From NCBI GenBank assembly GCA_029259175.1, contig JAPDJH010000021.1, forward strand, positions 1 through 30,851: a stretch of 30,851 nucleotides of DNA, in the 5' to 3' direction. Each line of letters begins with the position of its first letter. Position 1 is the stretch's first letter. This DNA comes from Hadesarchaea archaeon (lineage in GTDB: Archaea; Hadarchaeota; Hadarchaeia; Hadarchaeales; Hadarchaeaceae). Positions 8,556-17,960 of this stretch are shown piece after piece. The translations under genes and the position numbers were made by a program. The notes beneath the pieces are model-generated. The model was given only the letters and a program-made list of their open reading frames with translations, was not told the DNA's origin and did no database searches.

Positions 8556-8603
8556 TTGTTGTTCCAGAAATGGAATAATAAACAAAAATGGAAAAATATA
8601 AAA
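8556..8603. promoter_or_regulatory. Candidate RbkR operator plus TATA box of the rib operon
   Basis: Imperfect palindrome TTGTTGTTCCA-GAAA-TGGAATAATAA (8556-8581). The half-site AAATGGAA recurs at 8586. TATAAAA lies about 25 nt before ATG 8627. Confidence 0.5.
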
Positions 8604-8626
8604 CCCTCGCACATGAACCATTAGCG

Positions 8627-9276
8627 ATGCCCATAAGCGAAATCGATGTGCTTGTGGCGTTGTGCGAGCAGGGTGCGCAGCAAGGGTGGAAAGGGGTGAA
8701 GCTAAACCAGCTGGCCTCGCGTTTTAGCACATCAAAACAGACCATTCTGCGCCGCTTGCGCCTCTTGGAATCGAAAAACCTCATCAAACGCAGAAAGCAC
8801 GGACGCCAGCACCAAGTGTGGATAACCGAACACGGTATTGCGTTCTTGGTTCGAACAAAGCGGGTGATCGAACGAGTTCTGGAAAACCAGCCACACGAGC
8901 TGGTGCTGAGCGGCAGAGTGGTGGACGGAATGGGCGAGGGAAAATACTATGTGGGCCAGCGCTTCTACCGCCTTCAATTTAAGGAGAAACTGGGATTCAG
9001 TCCCTATCCCGGAACTCTCGACCTGATGGTCGATCGAAACTCCGTCGGAGATCTGGAACTGCTGCGCAATCAGCCGGGGCTGTTGGTAAAGGGCTTCAAA
9101 ACGAAGAACCGCACGTTCGGCGATGTGCGCGTTTTTCCAGCGCGAATCCACAACACGGAGTGCGCCGTGGTTTTTCCAGAGCGGGGGCATCACCGAGACA
9201 TTATCGAAATCGTCGCTCCGCAGAATCTAAGGCGGTCTCTCGGTCTGAAAAACGGTGACCGAGTGGAGGTGAGAGT

Positions 9277-9292
<16 letters not shown>
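8627..9292 (+). CDS. ribK: CTP-dependent riboflavin kinase with N-terminal winged-HTH (RbkR-type regulator)
   Basis: HTH LASRFSTSKQTILRRLRLLE; kinase motifs GMGEGKYYV, LGFSPYPGTL, GFK...RTFG, IEIVAP.NLR..L.LKNGD. Confidence 0.93.
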
Positions 9293-10430
<1,138 letters not shown>

Positions 10431-10437
10431 GAAAGAA

Positions 10438-10887
10438 ATGGTGCGATTGGGAATCGTCGCCAGTGAGTTCAACTTCGACGTCGTTTCACCGATGCTGGAA
10501 TTCGCACGCCGTCACGCCGAGTTCTTGGGAGCACAGATCACAGCAGAACTCATAGTGCCAGGAGTCTTTGAGATTCCGCTGGGCGCCAAGCGATTGGCAG
10601 AACAAGCGGACGTGGACGCCGTGGTGTGTCTCGGAGCCGTGATCGAGGGGGAGACCGAGCACGACGAAGTAATCATGCAACACGCGGTGCGCAAACTGAT
10701 GGATCTGAGCCTGCAGTACAACAAGCCCATGGGTCTCGGGATCTCGGGTCCGGGAATGACTAGACTGCAAGCGCTGGAGCGGGTGAACGACTACGCGCGC
10801 AGAGCCGTCGAAGCTGCAGTGAAAATGGTCAGGCGAAGCGAAGGCCAAGAAACACCCACGGTTCCCTCATGGCTGAGATCGGAGTAG
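10438..10887 (+). CDS. ribH: 6,7-dimethyl-8-ribityllumazine synthase
   Basis: GIVASEFN, VPGVFEIP, LGAVIEGETEHD, GLGISGPGM, AVEAAVKM. Confidence 0.96.
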   Translation: MVRLGIVASEFNFDVVSPMLEFARRHAEFLGAQITAELIVPGVFEIPLGAKRLAEQADVDAVVCLGAVIEGETEHDEVIMQHAVRKLMDLSLQYNKPMGLGISGPGMTRLQALERVNDYARRAVEAAVKMVRRSEGQETPTVPSWLRSE

Positions 10888-11637
10888 CGGGAACGACAAA
10901 CGGAGACGAAATGGTTCTGCGTTCCAGCTCTCATAGCTCAGAGCTAGTGCTTCCCCTCTTCTTAATTTGGGAAGGAGCGACGACTCTTTTCCGAAGTAAA
11001 GCGCGGCTGTTTCGATCTCCGCTTGATCTCGAGTGCCGAGATGAACTACTGTCCAGAAGTTTGTCCTCAGCGGGTCGGTCAGTGTCGAAAGACCCTCCGC
11101 GCTCATCGCCACCCCTATGCCCCATTTTCGGAACTCGCGCACCGCACGCTCTAGATAAAAAATGCTAGCACAGCGCGATCCACGGTTGTGAACAAGCACA
11201 TCGTATACCCCATCGAAAACCAATAACAAGCGCAGAGCTCTGCTCTCCTCACGAACACTGTCAGAGAGCTCATCCAAGAGACTAGCAAGCCTGTGGTCTA
11301 TCTTCTTAGAGTGGGCAAGATCCATCAGCACGCGAAGGTTCGGACTTCTAGCGTTGGAGATCATGGCAATTAGGTCCTTCGCGGAGGAATAGCAATCAAG
11401 AATTCTGCGTCCAAGGTGGGCATTCCATTCCGAAATTGTGGAAAACACAGCTACTCTACGACGGCGCTTGTACACTTGCTCCGCTACATATCTCATTAAG
11501 GCATGACGAGAAAACGGTGCTCCGCCACACACAAGCAAATGAGTGGAAAGGGAATCAACAGGAAGCATCCAGCGTGGATGGTGAACAGGAAAATCCACAT
11601 TTTTTCCCATAAAAACGGCAGCTCGTCCTCGAGGCAT
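10867..11637 (-). CDS. HerA/DUF87-like P-loop protein with degenerate Walker motifs (start uncertain, 11637 or 11649)
   Basis: THLLVCGGAPFSRH at the Walker A position, LLLVFDGVY at Walker B, VREFRKWGIGV arginine-finger motif, LPKLRRGEAL C-terminal motif. Confidence 0.65.
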   Translation of the reverse strand: MPRGRAAVFMGKNVDFPVHHPRWMLPVDSLSTHLLVCGGAPFSRHALMRYVAEQVYKRRRRVAVFSTISEWNAHLGRRILDCYSSAKDLIAMISNARSPNLRVLMDLAHSKKIDHRLASLLDELSDSVREESRALRLLLVFDGVYDVLVHNRGSRCASIFYLERAVREFRKWGIGVAMSAEGLSTLTDPLRTNFWTVVHLGTRDQAEIETAALYFGKESSLLPKLRRGEALALSYESWNAEPFRLRLSFPLLRSQP

Positions 11638-11703
11638 AGTTCCCAGCATACCATGAGCATGGGGTAAGATTAAATCCTTTCTTGAAAACTCCCTTTGGTT
11701 CGC

Positions 11704-12348
11704 ATGCTGCCCGAAAAAGTTGGTGTCCTCGCCATGGGATCGCACAACGAGCGCCATGGGGCGGCCTTGCCGCCAGACACCGACGCCAAACTAGCGGTGC
11801 ACGTAGCTGAGGAAGCCGCCAGACGCGTGGGTGCAAAATTCATTGGCGTGCTCTACTCCGCATACGAGCTTCCCAAAATTGACACGGGAGAACACCAGCC
11901 GCTCGAAGTCGTGCTCGACGAGTTGCGTAGCGCGCTAAAGAACGCAAAAAACCTCTTAGGCATCGAGGGAGCTGTAATCGTTAACGCTCATGGTGGGAAC
12001 AAGCCGGTGAGCAAACACATCCCGGAACTTGAGCGCGAGCTGGGGTTGAAAATCGCTTTCAATTCCACAATTGTGGATCTCGAGGGGCCTCACGCCGGCA
12101 CCGGAGAACTCAGCATGGGTGCGACGCTGGGGATTCTGGACCCATCCAAGCTGGCAGAACACACAGACTTCGCAAAATATCCTGAAGTTGGCTTCGTCGG
12201 GCTCACAGAAGCTAGACGAAAGTACGAATGGGTAGAACGACAAGCACAAGAAATCATGCGTCTTGGAGTTAGGGCGAGCCTCTTTTTAGGGAGAACACTC
12301 CTAGAATGCGCGATTTCTGATGTGATAAACACCATCAGAGAGCTATGA
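11704..12348 (+). CDS. arfB: FAPy (2-amino-5-formylamino-6-ribosylaminopyrimidin-4(3H)-one 5'-phosphate) deformylase, creatininase family
   Basis: GSHNERHGAALPPDTD, YEL, VNAHGGN, EGPHAGTGELS, YPEVGFVG; sits in the rib cluster. Confidence 0.88.
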   Translation: MLPEKVGVLAMGSHNERHGAALPPDTDAKLAVHVAEEAARRVGAKFIGVLYSAYELPKIDTGEHQPLEVVLDELRSALKNAKNLLGIEGAVIVNAHGGNKPVSKHIPELERELGLKIAFNSTIVDLEGPHAGTGELSMGATLGILDPSKLAEHTDFAKYPEVGFVGLTEARRKYEWVERQAQEIMRLGVRASLFLGRTLLECAISDVINTIREL

Positions 12349-12356
12349 GGATATAG

Positions 12357-13112
12357 ATGCTGTACTTCTTGGGCGCTCTCTCAATAGGAGTCTTGACTGG
12401 TCTGCTCTCCGGTGCCTTTGGAATAGGAGGGGCCACGATCACCACCCCTTTTCTGAGAGATGTCCTGCACACCTCAGGCTACATCGCGTTAGGCACCCCG
12501 CTCCCAATCATAATTCCCATGGCCCTTTCGGGAGCTCTCGTCTACCACAAGAAGAGATTTATAAGATACGAAATCGCCTTCTCGTGCGCGCTTGCGGGGT
12601 CTTTGGCAGCCATCCTCACTGCGAGCAGTACTCAGTATCTGAGCGGGAGATCTCTAATGCTCATAACAAGCCTCTATATCGCCCTAGTAGCGGTAAAGTT
12701 CTGGAAGGGGACTCCAAGAAGAAAACCCAAAACGAAAGGAAGGCTCTTCGCTTCCTTTCTAATCGGAATCGTCGGCGGAGGGATTTCGGGTTTTCTCGGA
12801 GTGGGCGGGGGCATAATCCTCGTGCCGGGCTTTACCCTTCTGCTCGGGCTCCCCATGCACCAAGCCATTGGGACCGCTCTGCTCACAATGGCGGTCTATT
12901 CAACTCCGGGATCTTTGATCCATTACTGGCTAGGCCATGTGAACCTCGAACTCCTCCCCCCGCTGCTCGTGGGTTCGCTGGTAGGGGCTCACGGCGGTGC
13001 TAGGCTGGCCGTCCGCGCTCGCGAGCCCAAGCTGAGACGTCTATTTACTGTCTATCTCTTCCTCGTGGCTGTCGTGATGGCCACTTTTGAGATCTTTCAT
13101 GTGGTGGACTAA
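12357..13112 (+). CDS. TSUP (TauE/SafE) family permease
   Basis: Duplicated motifs SGAFGIGGA and SGFLGVGGG, AIGT, about 8 TM segments. Confidence 0.9.
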   Translation: MLYFLGALSIGVLTGLLSGAFGIGGATITTPFLRDVLHTSGYIALGTPLPIIIPMALSGALVYHKKRFIRYEIAFSCALAGSLAAILTASSTQYLSGRSLMLITSLYIALVAVKFWKGTPRRKPKTKGRLFASFLIGIVGGGISGFLGVGGGIILVPGFTLLLGLPMHQAIGTALLTMAVYSTPGSLIHYWLGHVNLELLPPLLVGSLVGAHGGARLAVRAREPKLRRLFTVYLFLVAVVMATFEIFHVVD

Positions 13113-13115
13113 AAA

Positions 13116-14039
13116 TCAGCTTACAAAATCCAGCCATTCTAAGTATTTAGAGTTTCTACCCCGCACCGTGTCGAAGTAAATGCGCTGAAGACGCTCTGTA
13201 ATCGGGCCCCGAACGCCAGCGCCGATTGGCTTTCCGTCGACCTCCCGGATTGGAGTGACTTCTGCAGCAGTCCCTGTGAAAAACGCTTCATCGGCGCCAA
13301 GCAGGTCATCTACGGTGAGTTCGCGTTCTTCAAAGGGGATTCCCTCATCGCGTGCGATCCGGATGATCGAGTCTCGGGTGATTCCGATAAGGGCGCCAGA
13401 AGAAACAGGCGGAGTACACAAAACACCATCTTTTACCATGAAAACATTCTCTCCGGGCCCCTCAGCGATTTTTCCGTCCAAGTTGAGCAAAATGGCCTCG
13501 TCATAGCCCGAGCTGAGAGCATCGACCTTGGCCAAGATGGAATTGGCGTAGTTCGCGACAACTTTTGCCTGCGGTGGAAGAATAAGCGGGTGAATTCTAC
13601 GCCAAGGAGAGATCTTTACCCGAACTCCGCGCTTGAGTCCCTCTTCACCCAAATAGGTGCCCCAAGGCCAGACCACGATCGCCACATTCACTGGCGCTCC
13701 GGCAGGGTTGAGACCCATGACGCCATACCCGTAAAAAGCTATCGGCCGGATATAGCACTCTTCGATCTGATTTCGCCGTATGGTTTCCTTGACCGCCTCG
13801 ATTAGTTCCTCAATCCCATAGGGTATCTTCATCCCTACCATGCGGGCGGAATTGTGAAGGCGCTCGATGTGATCCTTCAGCCGGAAAACAGCCGGGCCCC
13901 TTTCGGTTTTGTAGCACCTAATGCCCTCAAAAACACCCATCCCGTAGTGCAGAGTGTGGGTGAGCACGTGGACCTTTGCTTCCTCCCACGGGACGAACTC
14001 GCCGTTGAACCAGATGAACTTTGTAGGGGTCAGCGTCAT
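13116..14039 (-). CDS. ilvE: Branched-chain amino acid aminotransferase
   Basis: LHYGMGVFEGIRCY, YIRP, AK...NY, EGPGENVF, LIGITR, TGTAAEVTP. Confidence 0.95.
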   Translation of the reverse strand: MTLTPTKFIWFNGEFVPWEEAKVHVLTHTLHYGMGVFEGIRCYKTERGPAVFRLKDHIERLHNSARMVGMKIPYGIEELIEAVKETIRRNQIEECYIRPIAFYGYGVMGLNPAGAPVNVAIVVWPWGTYLGEEGLKRGVRVKISPWRRIHPLILPPQAKVVANYANSILAKVDALSSGYDEAILLNLDGKIAEGPGENVFMVKDGVLCTPPVSSGALIGITRDSIIRIARDEGIPFEERELTVDDLLGADEAFFTGTAAEVTPIREVDGKPIGAGVRGPITERLQRIYFDTVRGRNSKYLEWLDFVS

Positions 14040-14090
14040 CTAATTAGGTTTTCCACCACGATTTAAAGGAGTTACCAGTAGAAGTGAGTG

Positions 14091-15026
14091 ATGATAACGA
14101 TTCTCTCGGGAGGCACGGGGACACCAAAGCTTTTGCAAGGAATGATCCAAGTTATGAATCCATCTGAGATCACGATTATCGTGAACACGGCCGAAGACAC
14201 GGAGGTTTCGGGTCTGCACGTCTCACCTGATTTAGACACGGTGACGTACACGCTGGCCGGCATCGTCAATGAGCGCACGTGGTATGGAATCAGGAATGAC
14301 ACGTTCTGGTGCCATGAAATGCTCAAACGTCTGGGGTGTCCCGAACTCCTCAGAATAGGTGATCGAGATCGTGCAGTCAAGCTGACCAGGACGTTGATGA
14401 TGAAAAGAGGAGTCACCCTCTCGAAAGCTACTCGTTTTATCGCCAGACGTCTGGGTGTGAAGAGCCGAATACTTCCCATGACAGACGATCAGGTCAGAAC
14501 AGAAATCGTGACGCCGCGGGACAAAATGAGCTTTCACGAGTTTTGGGTGGCCAGACGTGCTAGGGTTCGAGTTGTGGGTGTAAAGTTTCGTGGAATCAAA
14601 AAAGCTGAGCCGGCGCCCGGAGTAGTCGATGCCATCCGAAAATCCCGAGCAGTAATAATAGGACCCAGCAATCCGGTTACAAGCATCGGTCCGATTCTGC
14701 ACCTACGAAAGATCGGAAGAATGCTCCAAACAAACCGGCACAAAGTGTTGGCTGTGAGTCCCATTATAGGACGCTCGCCGGTGAGCGGGCCGGCTGGAAA
14801 GCTGATGAGGGCTCTCGGAATCGAAGTTAGCCCCTTTGGAGTGGCCAAAATATACAGAAATTACATTTCCACGCTTTTGATCGACACAAGCGACAGCGGC
14901 CAAGCCGACAAAATACGCTCGTTAGGAGTTCAACCCGTACTAGCAAAACTCCACATGAAAACTCTAAAAGACAAGATTGTGCTGGCTCGGAAAGTCCTCA
15001 GCGTTGCCTACCGAAGAGCTTTCTAA
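14091..15026 (+). CDS. cofD: 2-phospho-L-lactate transferase (coenzyme F420 biosynthesis)
   Basis: LSGGTGTPKLL, VSPDLDTV.YTLAG, IGDRDRA, PMTDD, GPSNPVTSIGPIL, GPAGKLM. Confidence 0.95.
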   Translation: MITILSGGTGTPKLLQGMIQVMNPSEITIIVNTAEDTEVSGLHVSPDLDTVTYTLAGIVNERTWYGIRNDTFWCHEMLKRLGCPELLRIGDRDRAVKLTRTLMMKRGVTLSKATRFIARRLGVKSRILPMTDDQVRTEIVTPRDKMSFHEFWVARRARVRVVGVKFRGIKKAEPAPGVVDAIRKSRAVIIGPSNPVTSIGPILHLRKIGRMLQTNRHKVLAVSPIIGRSPVSGPAGKLMRALGIEVSPFGVAKIYRNYISTLLIDTSDSGQADKIRSLGVQPVLAKLHMKTLKDKIVLARKVLSVAYRRAF

Positions 15027-15432
15027 GCTCTGCTGGTAATTTTTGCACATCGCGCACGATCTTTATCACCGACTGAGCGATCATGTTGTTGACTTCTTCT
15101 TTCTCGGCGAACTTCCGAACATCAGTCTTGAGGCCGATGATGGGCTTCCCCAGTGCTCGGGCGTAGCCCATTTCGAAAGCCACTCCGGAATCCACATCGT
15201 TGCCGTCAAGCACTGCAACCACCACGTCACAGCTTTCCAGCGCTTTCAAATCCTGCCGATAGACATCTTTATAGGCCCTTTTGCCGTGTTTCTTGAGTTT
15301 GTCCCAGAGATCTCCCACATCGCGCTGTGGCAGAACAGCATCGAAGCCGCTCGACCGGAGGATTTTATCTACTTTCTCGTTGAACTCGCGCTCGGCCTGT
15401 GAGAACAAGGGCGCGGCAATGAACACTTTCAC
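14998..15432 (-). CDS. Nucleoside 2-deoxyribosyltransferase family protein
   Basis: IAAPLFSQAE, DLKAL..CD, DSGVAFEMGYARALGKP, NNM. GTG 15432 follows GGAGGTG. Confidence 0.9.
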   Translation of the reverse strand: MKVFIAAPLFSQAEREFNEKVDKILRSSGFDAVLPQRDVGDLWDKLKKHGKRAYKDVYRQDLKALESCDVVVAVLDGNDVDSGVAFEMGYARALGKPIIGLKTDVRKFAEKEEVNNMIAQSVIKIVRDVQKLPAELRKLFGRQR

Positions 15433-15541
15433 TTCAGACACCTCCGCCAATAAGTGGTTTGAAGGAACGTATTTAGCTTCCTAGGACGATCGGTTCAGCA
15501 TTCTGATGAGCGCATGGACTTGGACCGAGGCACGCCCAACG

Positions 15542-15549
15542 TTTTAAAT
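15542..15549 (+). promoter_or_regulatory. TATA box for the RNase P RNA gene
   Basis: TTTTAAAT ends about 22 nt upstream of the P1 helix start. Confidence 0.55.
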
Positions 15550-15570
15550 CAACAAAAACAGAAACTTTAC

Positions 15571-15873
15571 TGCCGGCGAGCTGGTGGGCGACCGTCGGGC
15601 GCAAGCCTGAGGAAACACCACCCACCCGGCGGGAACCGCGGTCCGAAAGGACACGGCTGAGAGGCCGTCGAGGCGGCACAGAAACGAAACCCTCCGGCTC
15701 GCGTGCAAGGAGGCGGAAACGCCGAGGTCGAGCCGGCCGGGGGTGAAACGGCCGCCTCCGCGGGGGTGCAAGGGCAAAAGATTCGCCGATGAGTCCCGCC
15801 AAAGGCGAGTGGTGGCCCGCTGAGCCGAATGTCGCCTGAAAACAGAAGGCGGGTTACGGCCAGCACGCCGGCA
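15571..15873 (+). ncRNA. rnpB: Archaeal RNase P RNA (type A-like)
   Basis: P1 TGCCGGCG-a-GCTGGT / GCCAGC-a-CGCCGGCA. Conserved GAGGAAAC, ACAGAAACG, TGAAACGG, GTGCAAG and AACAGAAGGCGGGTTA elements. Tetraloop hairpins (GCAA, GAAA, GAGA). Confidence 0.93.
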
Positions 15874-15889
15874 ACCGAGAGTGATGCGA

Positions 15890-16114
15890 ATGGGAAAGAA
15901 GTGGGGTCTATACAAAGCCGGAGGCCGGAGCCAGCCAGTCACCTGCATCTACTGCGGCCGCCTAGTGCCTAGAATAAAAGCCATCGAGGTCCGCCGACGC
16001 CCGCCCATCGATCTCCGCAGCATCCCTGGAGTAGACAGACGTCGTGTCTTTTTGCCACGCGAAAAGGGCTATGCCTGCATCTCTTGCGCCAAGCACCGCC
16101 GTTTAATCAAGTAG
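15890..16114 (+). CDS. rps26e: 30S ribosomal protein eS26 (S26e)
   Basis: GRSQPVTCIYCGRLVPRIKAI ... ACISCAKH matches the eS26 C-x2-C-x3-VPxxKAI ... C-x-S-C-A-x-H pattern. Confidence 0.82.
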   Translation: MGKKWGLYKAGGRSQPVTCIYCGRLVPRIKAIEVRRRPPIDLRSIPGVDRRRVFLPREKGYACISCAKHRRLIK

Positions 16115-16880
16115 TCCGGCTCCGCCTGCGCCGGCGGCCAGCTTTCTTTATCGACTCAACCAAGGGCAGCAGACTTTCTCGAACCTCCCGGACTTGCTCC
16201 ACCAGAGTGCCGGTGACTATCAAATCACCTCCTGCCAGCACGCGCTCCGCAGCCGCACGTGCAGATCTTATTCCACCGCCGATGATCAGCACTCCCGAAA
16301 TGGTTCTCCTCACTTTCCGAACCATCGGAACCGGAACCGGACGGTCGGCACCCGAACCCGCCTCGAGATAAACAAAACGCATTCCGAAATATTCCCCCGC
16401 GAGCGCATATGCTGCCGCGAGATCGGGTTTTGATCGGGGAATCAGATCGGCCTTGCCAACGCGCCCTACTGTCCCGCCCGGCTCGATCACGAGATAGGCC
16501 ATCGGAAGGGGCTCGAGACCATATTTCTTGACCGCCGGGGCCCCCATCATCTGTGCTCTCGAGAGATAGTAAGGATCTTTTGAATTCAGCATGCTCATGA
16601 AAAAAATCGCATCGGCATATCGGCTCACTCCAGCCTCGCTCGCTGGGAAGAGAATCACGGGCAAGTCCACTTTCCGCTTGATCGCGAGCACCGTTTGATC
16701 AAGCACTTTTCCTCCCGCCCGCGTTGAGCCGCCAACCATGATCCCGTCTGTCCCCGCGTCGCTGGCTTCGACGGCGATTCGAGCGGCGTCCGAGGGCGGT
16801 TGCTTCTCCGGATCTATGAGCGTTAGGTGACCAGCACCATCACGTCGCAAAACCCGCCGCAGATAGGCTTCAACACGCAC
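16107..16880 (-). CDS. Geranylgeranylglyceryl phosphate synthase
   Basis: HLTLIDPEK, IMVGGS, ILFP, ADAIFFMSMLNS, MAYLVIEPG, YLEAGSGA, GGGIR, IVTGT. Confidence 0.95.
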   Translation of the reverse strand: MRVEAYLRRVLRRDGAGHLTLIDPEKQPPSDAARIAVEASDAGTDGIMVGGSTRAGGKVLDQTVLAIKRKVDLPVILFPASEAGVSRYADAIFFMSMLNSKDPYYLSRAQMMGAPAVKKYGLEPLPMAYLVIEPGGTVGRVGKADLIPRSKPDLAAAYALAGEYFGMRFVYLEAGSGADRPVPVPMVRKVRRTISGVLIIGGGIRSARAAAERVLAGGDLIVTGTLVEQVREVRESLLPLVESIKKAGRRRRRSRTT

Positions 16881-16891
16881 CCCATCACTCC

Positions 16892-17038
16892 TCAGGCCCG
16901 CGGCTCCTTCGATTTGGGGCGTAACCCCTTATACCCACACTTTCGGCACTTCTCGGCTCTCCAAGGATTGCGGGCATTGCACTTCATACAGATCTTCACG
17001 CGGAAGAGCCTTCGTTCGGCTTCCGGAAAGCGCGCCAT
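16892..17038 (-). CDS. rpl40e: 50S ribosomal protein eL40 (48 aa, not in ORF track)
   Basis: Manual translation [48 protein letters not shown]; TAATG overlap with the upstream gene. Confidence 0.96.
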   Translation of the reverse strand: MARFPEAERRLFRVKICMKCNARNPWRAEKCRKCGYKGLRPKSKEPRA

Positions 17039-17898
17039 TATCTGACCCTCCTCAGCTCCGCAAACACTTCTGGAAGCTTCTCTATAACATCCGACGCTAC
17101 GAATTCATAACCTTTTTCTCGCGCGCACAAATCACCGGCTCTGCCACAAATCCACGCGGCACAACACGCTGCTTCGAAGGGCTGAAGCCCCTGCGCAAGC
17201 AGCGCCCCTACGATCCCCGCCAACACGTCACCCGTCCCTCCCACAGTCATTCCAGCGTTTCCCGTGGGATTCAATGCTGTCTTTCCATCTGGAGCGACTA
17301 CAACGTCCCGCGGCGACTTGAGCAGGAGCGTGACCTCTTGTTTTTCCGCCCAAACACGCATCACCGAAATATCCTTGGCCCGCTTACCACTCAGCGCTTT
17401 TCCCACTATGCGTTCGAACTCGCCTCGATGAGGGGTCAAAACCCATCTCCTGCTCAGACGCGAAGAGGGCAAAGCCTTCAGCGCGTCGGCATCGACCACT
17501 GCTTTTTTGTTTCGCAGACGGGAGAGCAACACTCTCACCGCTCTAAGAGTCGCAGGCATGTCGCCAAGACCCGGACCGAGAACCACCGCATCTGACCGCT
17601 GAACTGCTCTCCCCAAGCGCTGCAGCGCCCGAGGAGTGAGCACGCGACCCGGAAGTTTGATGGTTATCAGGTCTGGCGAAAACGAGTTGATGATCCAAGC
17701 CGCTTGCTCTGGAGCAGCTATGACTGCGAGATCGGCACCGCTCCTGAGAGCGGCTAGAGCGGCCAAGGCGGGAGCACCAACAAACTGCTCACTTCCCCCG
17801 ACCACCAGGACTCTTCCATTGTCTCCCTTATGGGAATCGGGACGTCTGGTCGGGATCCAGCGCGCGACCCGCCGCTTGGTCAAAAGCACGCCAACCAT
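17038..17898 (-). CDS. nnrD: ADP-dependent NAD(P)H-hydrate dehydratase (stand-alone YjeF_C)
   Basis: [42 protein letters not shown]. Confidence 0.93.
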   Translation of the reverse strand: MVGVLLTKRRVARWIPTRRPDSHKGDNGRVLVVGGSEQFVGAPALAALAALRSGADLAVIAAPEQAAWIINSFSPDLITIKLPGRVLTPRALQRLGRAVQRSDAVVLGPGLGDMPATLRAVRVLLSRLRNKKAVVDADALKALPSSRLSRRWVLTPHRGEFERIVGKALSGKRAKDISVMRVWAEKQEVTLLLKSPRDVVVAPDGKTALNPTGNAGMTVGGTGDVLAGIVGALLAQGLQPFEAACCAAWICGRAGDLCAREKGYEFVASDVIEKLPEVFAELRRVR

Positions 17899-17960
17899 GA
17901 GGACTCCAAATCATTATGGGATAAGTAATAAAACACCCTTTGCTAAGGGTTTTGGATACT

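Noticed and set aside
8503-8787. 95-aa N-terminal extension of PGK in the ORF track
   Set aside because: It crosses the divergent promoter and ribK; PGK homology starts at ATG 8502.
13116-14039. Fold-type IV aminotransferase as a D-amino-acid transaminase making meso-DAP
   Set aside because: It has canonical branched-chain aminotransferase motifs (YGMGVFEGIRCY, YIRP) and is not linked to the dap genes.
15473-15948. Several minus-strand ORFs
   Set aside because: They overlap the GC-rich RNase P RNA, which explains the lack of stops.
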